40,442 bases of DNA from a virus. Lineage: Duplodnaviria > Caudoviricetes. Made by a program: the position numbers and the translations under genes. Below are positions 29,411 to 36,626 of this stretch, one piece after another. The stretch is from positions 1 to 40,442 of IMG/VR virus record IMGVR_UViG_3300020045_012400; one strand, written 5' to 3'. Each line of letters begins with the position of its first letter. Position 1 is the first letter of the stretch. The notes beneath the pieces are model-generated. The model did not search any database, was not told the origin of the DNA, and worked only from the letters and a program-made list of their open reading frames with translations.

Positions 29411-32403
29411 TACGCCAAAACTCCCGATGGCGACACATCCAGCACCATCGCATGCAACTCGATCTCGGTAAACTGATTGCTAAATGCCGTATCCCTCATT
29501 TGGGCATCTGATAGAGTGAAACCAACTTGCACCGTGTCACCCAGCAGGGACGTATTCATTCTATGCCATATCTGTTGCTGCTGGGAGCCCGTGACCATAT
29601 TCAGGTTAATATTGGCTGCCGTTAGTCCAAGGTTGGTAGATTCTGGGCACGTGTAGAGAATATCGGTGTAAATCAATGCGTTGTTGGTCACATTGTTCTC
29701 AGGGACGATGGGACCTTCGTTATATGGTGAATCGCCGTTTTGGCTGAGGTAGATTTGCAGTTCAACTTGTCCCAGAGGAGTAGTAGTAAATAGGTACTGC
29801 TGCGCACCTATTCTGGTCTTTCTGCCCATCCCCCAACTTACAGGAAATTGCTTAGTTTGGATAAGGGGTTTGTACATTCTTTTAATCAATCCGCCGCCTA
29901 AATATGTTCCGGAAGCAGGGGGCGGGTTCAATACAAACTCATTGGCCCAAGTGGTAATAAGAGGTGGTTTAGATACGGAAAAGATTTTTCCATTAACGCC
30001 TGCCGCCGATGTTCCAAGGACCCCGCTAATTACGATGTAATCTCCATCATTTAAACAGTGATTGGGTGAGTAGATTTGAGGAGGCGTGGCCACGCCCCCA
30101 GATGTATACGCCCCGAAAGCAATCGAATTTACTTGGATAGTAATGGTAGTGGCAGTGACAGCAGAGACCGTATATGTATTTCCATTCAACTGCGTCATTC
30201 CGGCGACACCAGAAATAGTTACAGACTGACCGACGATGAACGTATTTGCAGCCGTCAGAACACACGGATTGGCCTGTGTCACTCCTGTAATAGTAGCTGC
30301 AAAGGATAAGTTAGTTATCGCTAGAGAGTTTCCTTCGGTAGTGCCGTCCTCTCGAAACAAGACAAATCCTTGTTGGTTACCCGCAATTACCTCGGGCTGA
30401 AATAAAGTGGTAGATCCTGAATTCCATGGTTCATTCCACTCTGACCAAGTCGGAAAGGTTAGCCCTATATTGGACCACGTATATCCACTCTGCTTTCTAA
30501 ACTGTCCATACGTTGTATAGCATTCATCAAAGATACCCCACGATGAATCTCGATAGTTGTATAGGAAGGTCCTATTAGGATACTTGTATGTATATTGATT
30601 GGACGGATAAGTAAAATAGATCCACTCGCTTACATAATCACGCTGCGCACTCACGCGCTGCGGACCGTTGTCTGCCAAATTTAGCTCAAAAACCTGGTCC
30701 GGGTTTTCTAAGTCCACACGTTGTGCACCTACCTGTGTAGTAAGCACTATGCCACGAGAGCCTAATGTGACAGCCCCATTCCCAAGGTTTACAGCAGAAA
30801 ACGTACTACTCGCTCCAAGCTCGGAATCAATAATAAATGCATTGAATGGGACGATATCATTGCCTGTATATACTAATCTAGCCTGCTGCGTAGTAAATCC
30901 AAGAATGAGCACATCTTCATTAGACGTTACAGTTAATATTGGCTCTTGAGTGCCGAGACTTATAAACCCGCCATATCCAGATACATCTTGAAAATACGCC
31001 GTTGCCGTTGCCGTTTGATTTGTGGGGATATTTACTGCAGTAAATGTTGTAGAGGTACTGAGGACGGCCGCTGCGTCGGCTGCGGCAAATGACGCGGTGT
31101 AGTAAGGCGTTCCATTCTGACTATAGATTACTGTGTCTTGCAGGTAGACCTGAGAGTCCGCCGTAGACGTCTGCACAACAGGTCCAAAGAATAACAGTCT
31201 ATCCTTGAATGGAACGATGAGCCTCGCTCCTACCAAGTAATATTGAAGTTTAGGAAGATCAGCTATACTGAAATTACTATTCGATAAAGGCGGCGCAAAG
31301 TTTACCCACCCTTTTCTACCATCTAATACAGGGGTGGTTGCATTTCCGTCGGTAGGGTCTCCATCATACCATCTTAAGCAATCCTTAGTAGTATCAGCTC
31401 TACTGGTGAGATACTGGGCAATACCTCCGCCTCCCACTGTCGCTATAGTCGCATTAGGAAATTCAACCGTCACCTTATCCACACTCACGACAGCGGTGAC
31501 ATAACCGGTTTGGAGGTTTATTCCGGTGGTAGCGCTTACTTCGTTTATGAATAAAAAATCCCCTACAACCAACCCATGCGCTGTGATAGTTAAGTCCGCA
31601 AACGCAGGAGTGCCAGCAACTATATTGTCTACAGTCGTTATCGCCTTATATTGCATCCCCACGGCAGCAGTAGTGAAAGGGATGTCTATCCCATTCGTCG
31701 CCCACAGGGCCCCCTGATAATTAGTAGTCCAGAATTGCTGATAGTCCTGTCCATTCCATGTGGTGGGTGTGATGTTTGTTTTCTGTGTGTATCCAACATA
31801 CGTGGCTGTGGCTGGATTTTTGTAGAAACTTACATCATATATATTGTATGGAGTAGTACTAAGAATGTTGTATGAATACTTAGTGTCAAAACCCAAAGTG
31901 CCTGGAAATGGTGAAGACGAAAGAGAAAGGTCTTCTAATCCCATTACTGGGAGATCTGGATAGTAATTGAACCTCGCAGACGCAGTAAGACCGGCCTCTG
32001 CAACTATCGTGAAAGAACCTGTCGCATAGTTTATAGTCCCTGCATTTGGCCCAGCCAGATTGCCGTCCATAGCCGGATCTGTATAGACATTCGCTCCTCT
32101 AGTTATAGTGACCGACCCCGGCACTATGTTCCCATTGGTTTGTAGAGAAAATCCCGTGAGTAAGTTTCCAACTCCAGCAGCACTAAGCGTGATAGTAGTT
32201 GAGCCGGAATTGTACGACGTTACCGTACTGTTGAAATGTCGCTTTAGACGGTTTAATAGGGAAGTTCCGCGCTTACGCTTGATACGCCCTCGCCACTGGT
32301 ATGCGTTAAGGAGTGTAGGAAATGAATCATTGTCAATGACAAAGGGTTCTCTGTCAGTTTTTAGACCTTTATTGACTGGGCCGACAAGGATTTTCTCGCC
32401 CAT
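29410..32403 (-). CDS. Tail hub/nozzle protein (P22 gp10 / T7 gp12-like, 997 aa)
   Basis: Size, synteny after the adaptor gene, beta-rich sequence, GRIKRKRG N-terminal motif and inserted FCCH-like domains. Confidence 0.65.
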   Translation of the reverse strand: MGEKILVGPVNKGLKTDREPFVIDNDSFPTLLNAYQWRGRIKRKRGTSLLNRLKRHFNSTVTSYNSGSTTITLSAAGVGNLLTGFSLQTNGNIVPGSVTITRGANVYTDPAMDGNLAGPNAGTINYATGSFTIVAEAGLTASARFNYYPDLPVMGLEDLSLSSSPFPGTLGFDTKYSYNILSTTPYNIYDVSFYKNPATATYVGYTQKTNITPTTWNGQDYQQFWTTNYQGALWATNGIDIPFTTAAVGMQYKAITTVDNIVAGTPAFADLTITAHGLVVGDFLFINEVSATTGINLQTGYVTAVVSVDKVTVEFPNATIATVGGGGIAQYLTSRADTTKDCLRWYDGDPTDGNATTPVLDGRKGWVNFAPPLSNSNFSIADLPKLQYYLVGARLIVPFKDRLLFFGPVVQTSTADSQVYLQDTVIYSQNGTPYYTASFAAADAAAVLSTSTTFTAVNIPTNQTATATAYFQDVSGYGGFISLGTQEPILTVTSNEDVLILGFTTQQARLVYTGNDIVPFNAFIIDSELGASSTFSAVNLGNGAVTLGSRGIVLTTQVGAQRVDLENPDQVFELNLADNGPQRVSAQRDYVSEWIYFTYPSNQYTYKYPNRTFLYNYRDSSWGIFDECYTTYGQFRKQSGYTWSNIGLTFPTWSEWNEPWNSGSTTLFQPEVIAGNQQGFVLFREDGTTEGNSLAITNLSFAATITGVTQANPCVLTAANTFIVGQSVTISGVAGMTQLNGNTYTVSAVTATTITIQVNSIAFGAYTSGGVATPPQIYSPNHCLNDGDYIVISGVLGTSAAGVNGKIFSVSKPPLITTWANEFVLNPPPASGTYLGGGLIKRMYKPLIQTKQFPVSWGMGRKTRIGAQQYLFTTTPLGQVELQIYLSQNGDSPYNEGPIVPENNVTNNALIYTDILYTCPESTNLGLTAANINLNMVTGSQQQQIWHRMNTSLLGDTVQVGFTLSDAQMRDTAFSNQFTEIELHAMVLDVSPSGVLA

Positions 32404-32404
32404 A

Positions 32405-33040
32405 TTAGATCACCATAAATCCTACCACCAATCCAGCGGCACTAAAACTACTTTTTGTAAAAACCAAATTAGCGGTTCCTTTAGTAACCTGAGCTATTGT
32501 CGGTGTTGCAGCAGAAGAGACGCCCACCTCGAAGAATACAAAGTAGTTTGTATGAGGAAGAGCATTCGCAAATGTAATGGTGATAGTATTCCCCGCATCT
32601 CCTACCGTAGATTGCACGATAGTTGTGACGTTTACAAACAATGTGTTTTGCTCCGTGGCCGTTGGGGCGGCTGAAGTGTATAATGTCGCAGGAAACCCCG
32701 CTGATACAGTCGTAAAGCGTCCCATACATTTTACACCCGGCGCATAACCGACAACTTGACTTCCCGAAGACGCCCTAAATGCCAGATAGTTCTCTAAAAA
32801 TGTCGTCCCCGTCCCAAACGTTTTAGGATATATCTGCGTCTGACTAGCTGACAGAGATGGATCCGTCTGAGTACTGGTAAATGTCACGTGGTTATGCGTT
32901 CCACTATTGGATGCATCGAAAGTTGCATGGTCTACTGCAATGATAGCCTTAATATTATCATTGTTGGTCTTCATGTTAGGCTGATCAGTAGACGGGTTGT
33001 TGTTTGCTGCTGGAATGCCTGTCGTATAGCTAATGGTCAT
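32405..33040 (-). CDS. Virion structural protein
   Basis: ATGA coupling; T/S/A-rich. Confidence 0.7.
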   Translation of the reverse strand: MTISYTTGIPAANNNPSTDQPNMKTNNDNIKAIIAVDHATFDASNSGTHNHVTFTSTQTDPSLSASQTQIYPKTFGTGTTFLENYLAFRASSGSQVVGYAPGVKCMGRFTTVSAGFPATLYTSAAPTATEQNTLFVNVTTIVQSTVGDAGNTITITFANALPHTNYFVFFEVGVSSAATPTIAQVTKGTANLVFTKSSFSAAGLVVGFMVI

Positions 33041-34188
33041 GTTCCACCTTGTCCACTATTTATTAATGATGGTCCTTGTAAATCGCTAAAGATTGTAGGA
33101 GTGCGTGTAGATGTAAACTGCCGCTGACTTCGCTTCCATACAAGTGTTTCTTGCTCTTTGAATAGGGGCTCGTAGAACATGAATTGTTCTACGTCACCTG
33201 TGTCTGCCATGATCTTTCTAGCAGCACCTCGCGCTATATACTCCGCCATGTATCCAAATGAAATTGCAGACCCTGTACTCAAAAATGCCGCTGGCGTCAG
33301 ATACGCCTCTAGCTCCACGAGATACGAGATATCAGGTGGTGGGCGCACTGTGATAACATTATTTTCAAAAAGGATTGATCTGGGAAGACCCTGCTGGAAG
33401 AAGTAGCACTGCGCCTGGATGTCATTACCATCCGGGATGATCACAGGGAACGTTACATTAGCAACGCCGGTATTGTAGTTTATCGTGTTGGCAGTAGTAC
33501 TATAACTGGCTAATGCAGAATTGCCCAAAGGCGCATTTCCTGGCGACATTAACAGACCGTACAAGTCTCCACCTGTACCCGTAGATAGAAACTGCCCACT
33601 ATCCGCTACTACTATCTTCTGACCTTTTGCATCTACCGCCGTAAAATATACCGCTGAATACACACTAGTAGTGGGAATAGTCGTCTGAAATGATGCGGTA
33701 AATATAGGATCGGTATTCGATCCGTAGGCGATTATTCCAGACATATCTATATGTCCAGGAATGGCGGGGAAAAATGGTAGTGTGATTTCGTAGGGACCAG
33801 CTGTTCCATCGCCAGTAATGGCTGGATTAAGAGATTGTATGTAGCTTGGCCATAAATTTTGAAATGCACCGCGCTGAGTAAAAAATGGAACCTGGATACC
33901 ATTGACGTATGCAGAATTGGTAAATCCCTGATACACGGGGAACATCCCAATAGCTTGGTTTCCAGGTTCGGTCTGCACATTATACAACGGCATGTTGTAT
34001 CTATCTATGCCAGGGATGGTCTGGAATTGATACCGCGTCTTTAGATCAAACAGCTGTATACGAGCGTCCACATCCATCAACCAGAATCTATTGATATAGT
34101 CGATGATGAGGTTATCGGAAATCTGCGTATTCGACGGCGTCTTTATGATGCGCCGGACGTACGTGATAATGTCGGATAGAAGGTTAAT
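33037..34188 (-). CDS. Head-tail adaptor-like protein (383 aa), probable ATT start
   Basis: The frame is open for 36 codons upstream of the track start. GAGGTG lies 4 nt before ATT. The N-terminus (I/M)NLLSDIITYVRRII...LIIDYIN resembles adaptor proteins. Confidence 0.7.
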   Translation of the reverse strand: MNLLSDIITYVRRIIKTPSNTQISDNLIIDYINRFWLMDVDARIQLFDLKTRYQFQTIPGIDRYNMPLYNVQTEPGNQAIGMFPVYQGFTNSAYVNGIQVPFFTQRGAFQNLWPSYIQSLNPAITGDGTAGPYEITLPFFPAIPGHIDMSGIIAYGSNTDPIFTASFQTTIPTTSVYSAVYFTAVDAKGQKIVVADSGQFLSTGTGGDLYGLLMSPGNAPLGNSALASYSTTANTINYNTGVANVTFPVIIPDGNDIQAQCYFFQQGLPRSILFENNVITVRPPPDISYLVELEAYLTPAAFLSTGSAISFGYMAEYIARGAARKIMADTGDVEQFMFYEPLFKEQETLVWKRSQRQFTSTRTPTIFSDLQGPSLINSGQGGT

Positions 34189-34197
34189 ATATCACCT

Positions 34198-34380
34198 CTA
34201 TTTATGCATTTTCTTGAGCGTTTCAGCCAAGCGAGCTCTCTTAGCAAGCTTAGGGTCTTTGGAGTGCTCAGCCTTCTTTAGTTTCGCGGCTGGGATCTTC
34301 TCCCCTTCCTTAACATGCAAAGACTTCCTTAGTGCTCCGGGGTGCTTTATCGCGCCTTTGATCCAATCTTTCGTTGCCAT
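34198..34380 (-). CDS. Small basic phage protein
   Basis: WIKGAIKHPGALRKSL...KRARLAETLKKM; GGAGG RBS. Confidence 0.8.
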   Translation of the reverse strand: MATKDWIKGAIKHPGALRKSLHVKEGEKIPAAKLKKAEHSKDPKLAKRARLAETLKKMHK

Positions 34381-34382
34381 AA

Positions 34383-34967
34383 CTAAAATCCTCCAGACAT
34401 AAACACTGACTTCCTAGCTGCTACTGGATGAGCATCTAGCCTTTGAATAGTAGTATCTACTGCCATAGAACCATAATACACATTGCCGCCCTCTGACGAA
34501 GTAGGACGATCTTCCATCTTCAGTCTATGGTAGATGCATTTCTTGAGTTGCTCTGCTACATAACGCGGAGCCCATACAGGCTTATTAGTAGGGATCTCCC
34601 ACCATTCCGCTGCTACTCCACCAAACGGCCGCGTCCACATGTCAATCGTCTCGCCAATGATCTCTTTGTTTTCAGCAATAAAGTTTACATACTCTTTACT
34701 GAATTCCCACTCTTTGCGGAACTTCTCATTAAACTTGTCACGTCCGGAAATCGTTCTTTTTGGCTTAAGATAAACACCGTTCGCCTTTTCTATCTCTTTT
34801 GCAGACATCTTGGTCTGCATTTCGGTCTCTTCTTTAGGGGCGGCGTTCATGCGGTCCACAGTCAAAGACTGCACATTCTGATCAAACGCTTTGAACTGCT
34901 CTTCCGCTTTGTCCAACTCTTTCTGCGCGGAAGTGGATGAAGCGGTGGCTTTTTTCATTTCTGACAT
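34383..34967 (-). CDS. Hypothetical head-module protein
   Basis: 194-aa ORF in the structural operon. Confidence 0.75.
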   Translation of the reverse strand: MSEMKKATASSTSAQKELDKAEEQFKAFDQNVQSLTVDRMNAAPKEETEMQTKMSAKEIEKANGVYLKPKRTISGRDKFNEKFRKEWEFSKEYVNFIAENKEIIGETIDMWTRPFGGVAAEWWEIPTNKPVWAPRYVAEQLKKCIYHRLKMEDRPTSSEGGNVYYGSMAVDTTIQRLDAHPVAARKSVFMSGGF

Positions 34968-35038
34968 AGACAGTCCCAGGTAAAATTTAATCTTTATCTA
35001 TTTATATGCCTAACCTCAAAGAAATTCAATATTCCTTT

Positions 35039-35461
35039 TTACTGAGGCGACACATTTATGAAGCTCCCTAGAATGGAAGTAGCAATGTTCGTGCGTCCAG
35101 ACGCATTGATTCTTCCGCTGTTCTGATCTCCAATGGCCACAATCTGAGGTTTACTCCCCGTTGCTGGTGCAGACACAAAGGCTGAAACATTTATAGACGG
35201 GATGTTTAGAGTAACCTGGGTTGTTGAAGGGAGGGATATGACCAGGGCAGATTGACCATTCAGAGCCTCCGCTCTACAAATGGGAGGAATATTTAAACGG
35301 ATCAACTGACCCACTACGTAGTTATGGGCGACCGATGTGGTAACAGTAGTGGTCTGTCCCATAGAAATAGCCGTGATATTAAACCTGCTTGGATTATAGA
35401 AGTCCGGTTCAATAGTTGGATTGTTCTCAGGTGCTATTGGGCCGATAACAAAGTTAGTCAT
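35039..35461 (-). CDS. Structural protein with an FCCH-like beta domain
   Basis: ITAISMGQTTTVTTSVAHNYVVGQLIRL motif; GGAG RBS. Confidence 0.7.
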   Translation of the reverse strand: MTNFVIGPIAPENNPTIEPDFYNPSRFNITAISMGQTTTVTTSVAHNYVVGQLIRLNIPPICRAEALNGQSALVISLPSTTQVTLNIPSINVSAFVSAPATGSKPQIVAIGDQNSGRINASGRTNIATSILGSFINVSPQ

Positions 35462-35470
35462 GCATACTCC

Positions 35471-35494
35471 AAAAAAGGGGGCTCGAGAGCCCCC
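35471..35494 (-). terminator. Rho-independent terminator
   Basis: GGGGGCTC-TC-GAGCCCCC hairpin followed by TTTTTT, immediately after the 35501 stop. Confidence 0.85.
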
Positions 35495-35500
35495 AATTAC

Positions 35501-36616
35501 TTATGTAAGAGAAATGTCGTGAGACATAGCTCTCCAGTACAGAACCTCAGCATTGGCTCCGACTAAAACCGCAGTGGATGCGGTTACGCAAGTTCCAGCT
35601 CCAATAATGAAACCAGCGCTTGTGTTGTTAACGAATGCACCGCTAATCGCAGGTCCATTAATAGTGTTAGAACCATTAACAGATGGAGGAGGATACAATG
35701 CAGAGCCGCTAGAAATAGCAACACCACCACTATTCACATCCCCTACAGCAACCAACTGAGCAAACGATCTTCCACCAGTAGACGCAACAGTCAAGTTTGT
35801 ATTGAATGCTGTATATCCTGTGGAGTTGATATTGATAACAACAGTCACCGAGTCTGTAACTGAAGTTACATATCCATAGATCGGAGACCCTGGAAGTGCA
35901 GTGTTTGGAAGAGAGTTGAGCTCAATACTTCCCCATGCAGCAGGAATTCTAAACGCCACCTCTTGTCCTACAACCAAATTATGCGGAGTAGTAGTAACTA
36001 CACTCGTAGTACTACCCATCGTGATTGCTTCAATCACTGATTCGCCAGGTGAATAAAGGAAGGGATACAACACTTTTTTTACAGTGGCATTTCTTCCGTT
36101 AATAACTGGTGTTCCTGATAAAGCGGTATAGTTTGATCCGGTCCCTGGCCATACAACAGAGAAGTGGTCCGCATCATCGACGGCGCTAATTCTAAAAGGT
36201 GCGCCGCAAATTTGTGGCATACCAGTTGTAGTAGACTGGAACAGGTTTTCAAATATAACGATATCACCCACAGCGTAGCCGTGAGCAGTAACGTTGAATA
36301 CGATGGGGTTAGCGGCTGTTGCACCAATGATGGTTTTTACAGCACCATATTGCAACGCAAGACCTGCAGAGAATGTGCTAATACCATTCGTAATGACACT
36401 ATCCGATTTATAGGTAGTAGACCTTACTTGGGTAATAGCAAATCCTTGTCCCATATTCACATCCCACTGAGCAGACAGAACGCGAGCATCTGTAAATGCA
36501 GCGGATGCGGTATAGTTGATAAGTTCCACATAGTCTGGAACAAACGGAAGGTTAATAACCTTAGCCGCTCCAGTTGATGTGAACTTACCTTTTGCCATTT
36601 TATTATATTCAGTCAT
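35501..36616 (-). CDS. Capsid decoration/cement-like protein with two FCCH-like domains
   Basis: Directly follows the capsid gene and precedes the terminator, implying high expression; LPFVPDYVELIN N-terminal motif. Confidence 0.65.
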   Translation of the reverse strand: MTEYNKMAKGKFTSTGAAKVINLPFVPDYVELINYTASAAFTDARVLSAQWDVNMGQGFAITQVRSTTYKSDSVITNGISTFSAGLALQYGAVKTIIGATAANPIVFNVTAHGYAVGDIVIFENLFQSTTTGMPQICGAPFRISAVDDADHFSVVWPGTGSNYTALSGTPVINGRNATVKKVLYPFLYSPGESVIEAITMGSTTSVVTTTPHNLVVGQEVAFRIPAAWGSIELNSLPNTALPGSPIYGYVTSVTDSVTVVININSTGYTAFNTNLTVASTGGRSFAQLVAVGDVNSGGVAISSGSALYPPPSVNGSNTINGPAISGAFVNNTSAGFIIGAGTCVTASTAVLVGANAEVLYWRAMSHDISLT

Positions 36617-36626
36617 AGATCACCTC

